Shown here piece after piece: positions 24,301 through 32,000 of a stretch of 32,000 nucleotides of DNA. Position numbers and translations under genes: made by a program. The stretch comes from an uncultured Candidatus Bathyarchaeia archaeon (GTDB lineage: Archaea; Thermoproteota; Bathyarchaeia; Bathyarchaeales; Bathycorpusculaceae), in NCBI GenBank assembly GCA_964457175.1, contig CAYWII010000004.1, positions 48,735 to 80,734 of the forward strand. The letters are read 5' to 3'. Position 1 is the stretch's first letter. Each line of letters starts with the position of its first letter. The notes below the pieces were generated by a model. The model had not been told where the DNA came from. It worked only from the letters and a program-made list of their open reading frames with translations, and searched no databases.

Positions 24301-25023
24301 TTAAAAATGTATTGACTTTGGCGAGTATGCAGTTTTGACTTTACCGTTTTTTATGGCTTTTAGGATTTCGTTTGTGTTTAGTGATGCTTGGATTTCTGTG
24401 AAGACTGTCCATAACTCGTCAATGTTATGTGCGTCACTGCCTGCAACGCCGGGTAGGTTCATTGCTTTGGCGAGGTTTTCTGCCATTCTGTTTGTTTGTG
24501 GTGTGGAGGCACCGTTTAGGGTTTCTATGGCGTCTATTTGGTAGTTTTTGGCGTTGTCGCCTAGTCCATATGTGCGGTATGGGTGGGCTGCGATTGTTAT
24601 GGCGTTGTTTTGTTTTGCGTGGTCCGTGATGTTTTGCGTGGTCCATGGTTTTGGTGGAAGTTCTGCTGTGCCGAGGATTATTATGTCGCCTTGTGTTGTG
24701 GTTATTTCAGTTGCTGGGATTATTAGGATGTCTGGGTAGGCTTGTGCGAGTTGTTTTGCGTGGTGGTAGCCTTCGGTTGTGTTGTGGTCTGTTATGGCTA
24801 TGGCTTTGATTGTTGGGTGCGTGTATAGTTGGTCTATTAGGGTTTTTGGGTTGATTGTGGCGTCTGCCGAATAGTTTGTGTGGATGTGTAGGTCTGCGCG
24901 TATCAAGGGTTTTCTGCTCTTTCGTTTGTTTTTTCTGTTGCTTGGTGTGGAGTTGTAGCCCTCTATATAGATTGAACTTTTAGTTTGATTGTGAACATTA
25001 AAAATTACGTTTGTGTTTGCCAT
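24301..25023 (-). CDS. PHP-domain metal-dependent phosphoesterase
   Basis: ADLHIHTNYSADA, AITDHNT, AAHP and GSDAHN motifs. The track ORF begins at 25083, inside cdhE. ATG 25023 (MANTNV) is the first plausible start and still overlaps the cdhE 3' end by 19 nt. Confidence 0.8.
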   Translation of the reverse strand: MANTNVIFNVHNQTKSSIYIEGYNSTPSNRKNKRKSRKPLIRADLHIHTNYSADATINPKTLIDQLYTHPTIKAIAITDHNTTEGYHHAKQLAQAYPDILIIPATEITTTQGDIIILGTAELPPKPWTTQNITDHAKQNNAITIAAHPYRTYGLGDNAKNYQIDAIETLNGASTPQTNRMAENLAKAMNLPGVAGSDAHNIDELWTVFTEIQASLNTNEILKAIKNGKVKTAYSPKSIHF

Positions 25024-26459
25024 TTTTCTTGCAAGAATTTTGGAATGTCTGACGAATCCCGCGGTCCAACGAGTACTTGCCATCCGCTGAGTTCTTCAAT
25101 TTCACCGCTAAGGCGTGCAGATTTTCCGGGGATTATGAGTTTTCTGTGTTTAACTTTGTTTTCTACTCCAGACGCCTTAATGGCGTCAGCAACTTTTTCC
25201 GCTGTAAGTTTTCTTCCGGCTACTGCGCTGTCTACGGCTATGCCTTCAGTGTCAACAACCAGCAGATACGCGTTCACCTTTGCATTCTCAATATCGGAGG
25301 CAACGGTGTAATATGTCAAGGCGAAGTTGGTCGTAAACATCACCGGCGAATTCTCATCTGGAGCGCCAAACACCTTCAAGCCGGGTTCAACAGCAACAGG
25401 CTTGCGTGGGTCAGTGTAAATGTTCTGCCGCAACACGACTGGCGGAAGAAGCGACCAACCATCAACACTATGCATCATCATAACGTCAGCAAAGCGAACA
25501 ACAAGTAATCCAGCCAAATACGCTTCGCGCCACTTCACAACCTCTTCAGGCGCTTCACCACGCTTCGTCCAAGCCACCATAGGCACACCCATCAACGGAA
25601 AACCAAAAAGCTCATCACCTCGCTTGCAAGCAGCTCTACGAATCATCGTGAAATTGTTTAGTGCATCAGCCAACCCATCGTCTGGGAAGGTGCCCGGGTC
25701 CAACACTATGTCTTCAACACCATATTCGAGTAAAGTCTTCGTTAAAGACCGCAACAACTTCAAATTGTTTGGTGCAAAAACCGTTAATGGACAATTGTAC
25801 ATTAACGCAAGTTCAGCCATGTCCTTCCAGTTATCCTTCGTTGCCGCATACAAAAGCGGACGCGCTTTCGGCGCAGCCATCAATCCAGCTTCCAGAACAT
25901 TCGGGTTCAACGAGCACAAAATCAGCGGCAAACCAGTGTTTTCAACAACTTTCTTAACTGTTGCCTTGAATTTTTCGGGGTCGTTTGATGTGGAGCGAAT
26001 GGCAATCATGTCAAGCTTTAACGTTTGTCCAATGTATTCGAAATTGAACTGCTCAGTTCTTTTTATCCTACTTAATATTTCTTCGTCAGATATCTCGTCA
26101 GTAACGTCAATGGCGATTGCAGTTGGGTTGAAATACGCGAACTCGTGGCGATACATTACGAGTTTTCCGCCAATCTTTACTGCTTTATCGCCGACGCCGA
26201 CAACAACCTCTTTTATGGCGGGTTTCAGCATTTCCTTCAATTGTTTGTAGGCTTTCTCGTGCTCTTTAGTCAACAATGGAGGACACTTCTCAATGGCGAC
26301 TTCGCGGTTCACAACTTTCGTCGCAAAAGCCATGCAGTTCTCTTCGCCACATTCCTTGCAGTTAGTTTTGGGAAGAAGCTTATAAACGTCAATTGGGCTT
26401 AGTTCTTTTACGCCAACTTTTCCCTTTCCTTCCTTATCACTCATATGCACACGCTCCAT
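25005..26459 (-). CDS. cdhE: Acetyl-CoA decarbonylase/synthase gamma subunit (corrinoid Fe-S protein, large subunit)
   Basis: N-terminal LPKTNCKECGEENCMAFATKVV is the 4Fe-4S binding motif. TIM-barrel and corrinoid-binding body, with position in the operon supporting the call. The start is ambiguous: ATG 26459 or ATG 26444 (the track starts at 26483). Confidence 0.9.
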   Translation of the reverse strand: MERVHMSDKEGKGKVGVKELSPIDVYKLLPKTNCKECGEENCMAFATKVVNREVAIEKCPPLLTKEHEKAYKQLKEMLKPAIKEVVVGVGDKAVKIGGKLVMYRHEFAYFNPTAIAIDVTDEISDEEILSRIKRTEQFNFEYIGQTLKLDMIAIRSTSNDPEKFKATVKKVVENTGLPLILCSLNPNVLEAGLMAAPKARPLLYAATKDNWKDMAELALMYNCPLTVFAPNNLKLLRSLTKTLLEYGVEDIVLDPGTFPDDGLADALNNFTMIRRAACKRGDELFGFPLMGVPMVAWTKRGEAPEEVVKWREAYLAGLLVVRFADVMMMHSVDGWSLLPPVVLRQNIYTDPRKPVAVEPGLKVFGAPDENSPVMFTTNFALTYYTVASDIENAKVNAYLLVVDTEGIAVDSAVAGRKLTAEKVADAIKASGVENKVKHRKLIIPGKSARLSGEIEELSGWQVLVGPRDSSDIPKFLQEKWQTQT

Positions 26460-26461
26460 TT

Positions 26462-27682
26462 CTAAATCTTTACAGAAACCCATTCAACAAGTCTATCAGC
26501 ATCGCCAGAGCCGCCGTTTGTCAACTGTTTCGTTATGTCCTTGAGAGTTTTCACAGCAGCCGGATGCATCATCATAAACAAGTCCACACCAGCAAGCAGC
26601 AAAGTTAACGCAGTAGTCACTTCCCACAAGGGTCCTCGCAACTCGCGCGGTTCCCATTCCGGCGCCATCTTCAACCACGCTTCTCTAGCTGCCCAAGCGT
26701 TTGTTGTCCCAGAAGACATTGGATGCGCAAGTTCCGGGTCACCCATCAAACCAGCAAGTCTAGCCCGTTCCATATTGGTAAAGGCGTAGTCAAGACCATA
26801 ACCTAAGGCGGCAGTCGTCAAGTCCATAACAATATCTTCTTTCGGCAGAAAATCATATAATCTGCGATTAAGCTCTCGGGCTAAGTTCAAATCCATAGGT
26901 GTAAAGGATAAGGCAACATGCCCATTCTTCTTAACAAATTTCGCGCAACGCTCAACATCCATATCCCGCGTTATCGAACTAATCAGAAAACGCTCACCAG
27001 CAAAAGTTTCGGTGATTTCAGCAAAAACATCTGCGTCTTTAACTGGGTCGCCACATCCGCCAATCACGAGCGGCACGTCCACAGCCTGTGCGACAGCCTC
27101 AACCGTTTTAACCGCATCTTTCGGCGACGCATCCTTAACCAGTGGGTCAATGGTAATCAAGTGAATAGTCACCATGTCAGCCCCAAACTTTTCAACCGCA
27201 AGCTTAGCCCAAGCCGCGGGGTCATCCAAAACCTCTTTCACATGCATTTTCACAGCCTTAGCAAGCGGCACTTCCATGTCAAAAACATCCAACGTCACAA
27301 CGGGAGGATGCAAAGTCGAACGCTCAAAAGTGTAGAAGGCCGGCGTGGTTTCACCTCCGATAACAAGGGATTTGCCACGGGTTCCTCCTTCGCTTTTTGT
27401 AGCACCAAGTTTCACCTCAACAACCTTGCCAGGATAAGTTTCAACTGGCGGAACAAAGTCGGTCTCAATTATTGTGGTGGGTTTAGCCTTTACTGGAGGA
27501 GCAACTTTTGGCAAGGCAACCGCGGGAGCAGCCACAGCGCCGGGCTGAAGCCATATCTCCAAGTCGCCTACGTTCATCTCAAAATCTTCAAGTTCTATTT
27601 CCTGAAGTTTCGCAAGAAGCTCTATCAAGCGTGAGCTAAGCTTAAGCCCGAACGTTTCTTCTTCCTTCTTTTTCTCTGGCAA
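26462..27682 (-). CDS. cdhD: Acetyl-CoA decarbonylase/synthase delta subunit (corrinoid protein, small subunit)
   Basis: 406 aa with TTG start, 7 nt after the cdhC stop and an AAGGTGA SD. Operon position and overall similarity to the CdhD/AcsD pattern. Confidence 0.85.
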   Translation of the reverse strand: MPEKKKEEETFGLKLSSRLIELLAKLQEIELEDFEMNVGDLEIWLQPGAVAAPAVALPKVAPPVKAKPTTIIETDFVPPVETYPGKVVEVKLGATKSEGGTRGKSLVIGGETTPAFYTFERSTLHPPVVTLDVFDMEVPLAKAVKMHVKEVLDDPAAWAKLAVEKFGADMVTIHLITIDPLVKDASPKDAVKTVEAVAQAVDVPLVIGGCGDPVKDADVFAEITETFAGERFLISSITRDMDVERCAKFVKKNGHVALSFTPMDLNLARELNRRLYDFLPKEDIVMDLTTAALGYGLDYAFTNMERARLAGLMGDPELAHPMSSGTTNAWAAREAWLKMAPEWEPRELRGPLWEVTTALTLLLAGVDLFMMMHPAAVKTLKDITKQLTNGGSGDADRLVEWVSVKI

Positions 27683-27689
27683 ATCTTTT

Positions 27690-29099
27690 TCACCTTTTCT
27701 CAGACTTTTCGCCCTTCATTGAACGAATAATGACCTTTTTTGCGTAGATTTTCGCGTCTTTCAAAATTATTTTGAAACCGCCAGCAGTTATCGGCAAGGT
27801 TGTGGCAGTGGCAACAGAAATCATGGGCGCTTCTTCCTTCGCTTCGGCAGGCGCCGCTTCCTCTACAGCCACAGCTTCTTCCTTCCAGCTTTCCACAACT
27901 GGATGGTTGCGTTCTTTCAAGAAAGCCTTCAACTCGTCAATTGTTTTAGCTTGTTCTTCTGTGGCGATTTTGTCGGCAATCTCAGCCGGAATGAAATCCT
28001 TAACCCTTTCCTTAACTTCTTTGGGCATCCAAACTACTCGTTTCCATCCGCCGTCTGCTTGCAAAAACTTCGGTGAACGCATGTACTCGATGGATATTCC
28101 GTGGAAACCGTCAACTTGACGCCCACCAGCTGTTGAGTCTGCCAAAGTTGAGAATGGCAACCCGTTCACGGTTACGTCCTTATAGCCTCTGTGAACTATG
28201 CCGAAGCCGTCAGCTTCTGGAATGTAGAAAGCTACACCTTCAAAGCATCCGCAGGAAGTGTGTGGATAACCGAAAGCGGTGTAAAGCCACACTTTCGTTA
28301 TTTCGCCAAGAGTTCTCTTCTTCACCGCTTCATCCACGCCAGAGTATTCTCCCTTAACCTGGTCCAACAGTTCGCCTCTCTCAATTGTGAATACTGGTCC
28401 TTTGGGGTCTATGCTTGCTGCGGCTCTGCCGTCAAACCAGCTTATGGCTCCACAGTTTGAATATCGCTGAGGCGTGATTACGCAACAGTGAGTCGGAGCA
28501 AAAGATTGGCATAAGACGCATCCATAAAACTTGTCAACTTCCTCGTCCTTTAAACCTCTAGCCCTTGCGTCTCTCGCATCGTAAATTTGTAAGGCTTCAT
28601 CATAAAGTCCTTTCACTTTTTCAGCGTCCGTAATGAAAGTTACTTGCATTTTCTCGATTATTGGCAATTCGCTCTTGAAGAGTCTGTGCAAAACTTTGCC
28701 AATGAACTCGAAGGAAGTCAAGCCTTTCTCAAACGATTTCTTGCTCAGTCTCAGCCAAATGTCATAGCGTTGATTTAGGTGCATAAAGCCCTCGATGAAG
28801 TTGCAGTAGGCGTGTATTCGCCTTTCGATTACGCCTTCAAGTTCGGGCTCAAGTTTGGCGCCAGCTACTTCGATAAGAATGCCGAGAGGGTAGGTTTTGC
28901 CTTCTTCCATGTCCTTTATGTCCGATCCGATAATGGTTACTTTTCCATCTTCGATTTCTTCTGGCTTCTTAACTCTTGCAAGTTCAAATTTTTCTTTGAT
29001 GTCTGGTCCACCGAGTTCCACGTACATGTCTTTTCTTCGGATTCTTTCGCCTTCGTAGATTACGCCTACATCGACTGGTATGTCTTCAAACATGGACAT
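27690..29099 (-). CDS. cdhC: Acetyl-CoA decarbonylase/synthase beta subunit (A-cluster acetyl-CoA synthase)
   Basis: CVLCQSFAPTHCCVITPQRYSNCGA and HTSCGCFE (Cys-Gly-Cys Ni site). The likely start is ATG 29099 (MSMFEDIPVD), 2 nt after the cdhB stop. The track ORF extends to 29150. Confidence 0.93.
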   Translation of the reverse strand: MSMFEDIPVDVGVIYEGERIRRKDMYVELGGPDIKEKFELARVKKPEEIEDGKVTIIGSDIKDMEEGKTYPLGILIEVAGAKLEPELEGVIERRIHAYCNFIEGFMHLNQRYDIWLRLSKKSFEKGLTSFEFIGKVLHRLFKSELPIIEKMQVTFITDAEKVKGLYDEALQIYDARDARARGLKDEEVDKFYGCVLCQSFAPTHCCVITPQRYSNCGAISWFDGRAAASIDPKGPVFTIERGELLDQVKGEYSGVDEAVKKRTLGEITKVWLYTAFGYPHTSCGCFEGVAFYIPEADGFGIVHRGYKDVTVNGLPFSTLADSTAGGRQVDGFHGISIEYMRSPKFLQADGGWKRVVWMPKEVKERVKDFIPAEIADKIATEEQAKTIDELKAFLKERNHPVVESWKEEAVAVEEAAPAEAKEEAPMISVATATTLPITAGGFKIILKDAKIYAKKVIIRSMKGEKSEKR

Positions 29100-29101
29100 T
29101 T

Positions 29102-29647
29102 TCAGTTTCCCCCAAATTTGCTTAAAATTATTTCGAAACTTTCTTTCCAATCCTTAACATTAAGGTTTGGAAATGACCAAGTTGCGTGAGGATTATAGAA
29201 TCGGTCCAAACTTATAGTTTTAAGGTTTTTGGAAAAGTGTTTTAGTGCAGCTAGTATAATAAACTCCATGTAGTAGGGAAAGCCCATGAATAATGCGAGA
29301 TCATATGGACCTTTTCCATCTAAACCCTTCCATTCTTGATCCGCAAGCCTATTACCGATGTCCATCGCAGACATGTGAGCATCAGGTTTAAAATCTCTTT
29401 TGATAAATTCACCTACTACATGTGCTGTAGCAACCACTGGAATTCCAATAGTCTTACTCATGCGGATTGCGTAATCAATCATCTGAGCATCATCTGAATA
29501 ATTTTCAATGGCTAAGTGTCCAACAATGAGAATTGGACGCTTAGCCCTTTTCACCATTGAAGACACCACCTCTGGTTTCAAGATAAGTAGAGCTTTCGTT
29601 GGTCCGGCGATCTCGGCCTTTTGCCATGGTTCTGCTTGTGCGCTCAT
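29102..29647 (-). CDS. cdhB: Acetyl-CoA decarbonylase/synthase epsilon subunit
   Basis: About 181 aa, lying between cdhA and cdhC as in archaeal cdh operons. ATG 29647 is preceded by AGGTGA and lies 1 nt after the cdhA stop. The track uses GTG 29656. Confidence 0.85.
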   Translation of the reverse strand: MSAQAEPWQKAEIAGPTKALLILKPEVVSSMVKRAKRPILIVGHLAIENYSDDAQMIDYAIRMSKTIGIPVVATAHVVGEFIKRDFKPDAHMSAMDIGNRLADQEWKGLDGKGPYDLALFMGFPYYMEFIILAALKHFSKNLKTISLDRFYNPHATWSFPNLNVKDWKESFEIILSKFGGN

Positions 29648-29648
29648 G

Positions 29649-32000
29649 TCACTCACCTTGCCTTTTTCTGATGAGTCTCGGTAGGAGAGTTGGGTCTGGG
29701 ATTTTCATCTCCTTCCACTCTCTTTCTTCTAGAATCTTAAGGATTTCATCCTTCATCGTGATTGGTACGTCGGTTTTATTTCGGATGAAAAGATTTATGT
29801 CGTCAGGCATCACGCTGTACAGGCGTTTGTGAAGGTCAATGTAATGTGTTAGCTTTATGGCACGACCTTTGCTTGTGTCGTTTGGTCTCATACAAAGCTT
29901 TGCTATTAGAACCATAGCCTCTTCTTTGGTTTCAGCCACTGTGAAGAGGTGTTCAGGAGCTGGACCCACATAGACTTTATCACCAGTTCTCGCATCATAC
30001 ACATACCAATCTTCCTCTTTGTCCTTTCTTCCAAGCAGCATACGCCGATATTTAGATCCATGAGGACCAACAATCACGGGCACTCCAAGCCTCCAGAATC
30101 CAGAAGCTATTGAGGCAGCTTTTTGAGACATAGCTCCCCAAGCAACTCCTACTGCCCCTACTCGGTTGAGAACATAATCAGCGATTTCCTCATAATTTGC
30201 CCTCAGTTTTCTCTTTGCGAAAATGCTTGCAATCTTAATGGCTGCTCCTGCTATGTGAGGGTTGGACACACACGACCCTACATTTAGAATGCCTCCGGCA
30301 TCAAAATCACCTGAATATTTCTCATAAAGAGTCTTTCCCTCCTCATCCTTCACCATAGCCATAGACATGGCTGCACATCCTGAGGTGACAACTATAAACC
30401 TACGTTTAGCGAACTCCTCCGCAATATCTGCAACATCTTTTCCGCCGCTTGGGTAGTTAGCACATCCTACAAGCGCCACTACTCCTGGAATCTCGCCTAG
30501 AACTATTGGTCCGCCGACATTTCTTATCTCGACATCTTGAATTGCCCCCCTTCCGACACGCATCTTGAATTTTTCATTTAACAGCGATTTTTCTCCAGCT
30601 TTAATAATGAAGCTATGTAGAGGAAAGTCGTTTGGGCAAGCACTATCACAGCGAGCGCAGCCAATACAAGTTTCTAGGATTTCAGCGAGCGGGTTGAGAT
30701 TACCTTTTGCCGCCGCCTTGATGGCCTCAGGGATTGGTTGATCGTTGGGGCACGCTCGTCTGCACTCGTTGCATTCAGTGCATTTTTGAGCTGCTGCAAC
30801 AATTTCCTCTGTTTCAGGGATTATTTTGAATTTGTTCCGTTTAGGGGCAACCTTCAGCACTGTTTCAACCGCAACTTCTCCAACTTTATCTGGGTCTAGA
30901 ATCAGCACTCCGGGAACTTTTCCTTCCACTAAATCTGATATTGCTTCTTCTGATGGACTTTTTGTTCTGTTTTCGAGTCCTAGACAGTTTTTCGGACTGG
31001 AGGCGATGACTGGTGCTTTCACTTTTTGAGCTTCAACTAAGGTATCTGCACGGATACATTGTTCGTCCACTACTATTAGGTCTGCTAATCCACTTCTGAT
31101 GTAGCGCAGTTGCCAGGATATTGGACCGACTATCTTAGCCATGGAGCTATACCTAGTGATGTCGTGGGCTGTACAGCATATGCCTACAACTTCAACTTTT
31201 TCCGATAGCCCTTTATCTTTTAGGTAGTCGATTATTCCGACAGAAGAGGGCACATTATGACCGATAACTAATATCGTCGGTTTCGAAATGTCTGCTATGG
31301 CGAATCCTAAATCTGTAAGTGGAGCTTCGGGATCAGCCTTCGGAAAACCAAGCACTGAAATCTGCGCCAAATCTGCGATTTCCATGCCAACTTGATCTAC
31401 CATTCCTGCATGGAGAACTTTGGACTCAAAGTCTAGGTTGCTTCCTTCTTGCCCAGTATGAGTTGCAGAAAGAAGATGTGTAACTTGCTGCTCGCAATAG
31501 TCAAGAGCCTCTTCCAAATCATTTAGCCTTTCGGGTTTAATACCGCAAACCAAACGGGTCACTGGAGCCTCTATGTCTATGTTTAACCCTCCTACATCAA
31601 TTGGACTATTTTGACCATATCTCTCTATAAGATGTTCCACCAGATGTCTTGCATGCGCAATATGAGTAGCGGCTCCGATGCAGCAAGCGAGAAGCACTAT
31701 ACGTGACTGTTGAGATGCCATATTCAACCCGCAAGCTCCGCGCTTGTCTTGTGATAGATCGCATTTACCAAAAGTGCAGAGGCAGCATACGTCACAGAAT
31801 GGCAAGTAGAATGGCTTGTAACGTTGAATAAGCTTCATGTCCCAATCTCGCAAAGTTGTTATTTCAGGAAAGGGCGTCGGCCCCATCGGTTCGGTCCACG
31901 TTTCCTCTACAAGTTTACCAATTGAAAGTTGAAGATTCTTAATGAATCCAACATCAGTTTTCAATTCGTCAATCTTTATGTTAACGCCTTTTTTACTCAC
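29649..32000 (-). CDS. cdhA: Acetyl-CoA decarbonylase/synthase alpha subunit (Ni-CODH catalytic subunit)
   Basis: 783 codons. CDVCCLCTFGKCDL, CCIGAATHIAHARH and two inserted ferredoxin motifs (CTECNECRRACP, CIGCARCDSACP) are typical of archaeal CdhA. A GTG lies exactly at the window edge (31998-32000), so the true start may lie beyond the window. Confidence 0.93.
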   Translation of the reverse strand: MSKKGVNIKIDELKTDVGFIKNLQLSIGKLVEETWTEPMGPTPFPEITTLRDWDMKLIQRYKPFYLPFCDVCCLCTFGKCDLSQDKRGACGLNMASQQSRIVLLACCIGAATHIAHARHLVEHLIERYGQNSPIDVGGLNIDIEAPVTRLVCGIKPERLNDLEEALDYCEQQVTHLLSATHTGQEGSNLDFESKVLHAGMVDQVGMEIADLAQISVLGFPKADPEAPLTDLGFAIADISKPTILVIGHNVPSSVGIIDYLKDKGLSEKVEVVGICCTAHDITRYSSMAKIVGPISWQLRYIRSGLADLIVVDEQCIRADTLVEAQKVKAPVIASSPKNCLGLENRTKSPSEEAISDLVEGKVPGVLILDPDKVGEVAVETVLKVAPKRNKFKIIPETEEIVAAAQKCTECNECRRACPNDQPIPEAIKAAAKGNLNPLAEILETCIGCARCDSACPNDFPLHSFIIKAGEKSLLNEKFKMRVGRGAIQDVEIRNVGGPIVLGEIPGVVALVGCANYPSGGKDVADIAEEFAKRRFIVVTSGCAAMSMAMVKDEEGKTLYEKYSGDFDAGGILNVGSCVSNPHIAGAAIKIASIFAKRKLRANYEEIADYVLNRVGAVGVAWGAMSQKAASIASGFWRLGVPVIVGPHGSKYRRMLLGRKDKEEDWYVYDARTGDKVYVGPAPEHLFTVAETKEEAMVLIAKLCMRPNDTSKGRAIKLTHYIDLHKRLYSVMPDDINLFIRNKTDVPITMKDEILKILEEREWKEMKIPDPTLLPRLIRKRQGE

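Noticed and set aside
24611-24646. 15-bp direct repeat TGTTTTGCGTGGTCC occurring twice, 20 bp apart, inside the PHP gene.
   Set aside because: It is short and lies inside a well-supported coding region. The copies fall in different codon phases and there is no flanking structure. It is probably a by-product of the strongly biased local composition.
1-32000. Scan for CRISPR arrays, transposases, integrases, IS inverted repeats, prophage genes or toxin-antitoxin and defence systems.
   Set aside because: No regularly spaced repeats and no recognisable mobile-element or defence gene families were found. The window looks like core and accessory chromosomal DNA.

Overview
Gene-dense, AT-rich archaeal chromosomal segment with about 40 protein-coding genes. 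I found no rRNA, tRNA, CRISPR array or mobile element. The archaeal assignment rests on an archaeal-type cdhABCDE operon, archaemetzincin, a presenilin homologue, a PDO-type disulfide oxidoreductase and GGAGGTGA-like Shine-Dalgarno sites. The lineage is probably an uncultured anaerobe using the Wood-Ljungdahl pathway, but it cannot be named from sequence alone. Contents from left to right: (1) a copper-resistance locus, with a CopA P-type ATPase carrying an N-terminal TRASH domain, an HMA chaperone, one intact TRASH mini-protein and one decayed copy. (2) A secreted molybdopterin-oxidoreductase-like/PKD protein with a small His-rich membrane partner. (3) A two-subunit group-3-like [NiFe] hydrogenase, flanked by a 7-Cys ferredoxin and a Cys-rich double wHTH regulator. 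(4) A second Cys-rich HTH regulator followed by an HtrA protease. (5) Assorted stress genes: DUF3795, an interrupted ChrR-like FMN reductase, a tandem USP and endonuclease III. (6) A thiol/oxidative-stress island: FTR-like ferredoxin:disulfide reductase fused to rubredoxin, glutaredoxin-like protein, Fe/Mn SOD, rubredoxin, interrupted OsmC and PDO. (7) Nickel-maturation genes: HypA, a Cys-free Mrp/MinD-type HypB and an unlisted 59-aa CooT-like gene. (8) A PQQ-like beta-propeller surface protein, presenilin-like protease, archaemetzincin, beta-CASP nuclease and PHP phosphoesterase. (9) The complete acetyl-CoA decarbonylase/synthase operon cdhA-B-C-D-E on the minus strand. Main points from the hunt: a 14-bp inverted-repeat box occurs three times (plus one degenerate copy) at two promoters, linking the two Cys-rich regulators to the oxidoreductase operon. 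A perfect 24-bp palindrome lies in the hydrogenase promoter. Four metal or oxidative-stress genes carry single point lesions. The CooT-like nickel chaperone gene falls below the ORF-track cut-off. All family assignments come from motif recognition by eye; no database search was possible.
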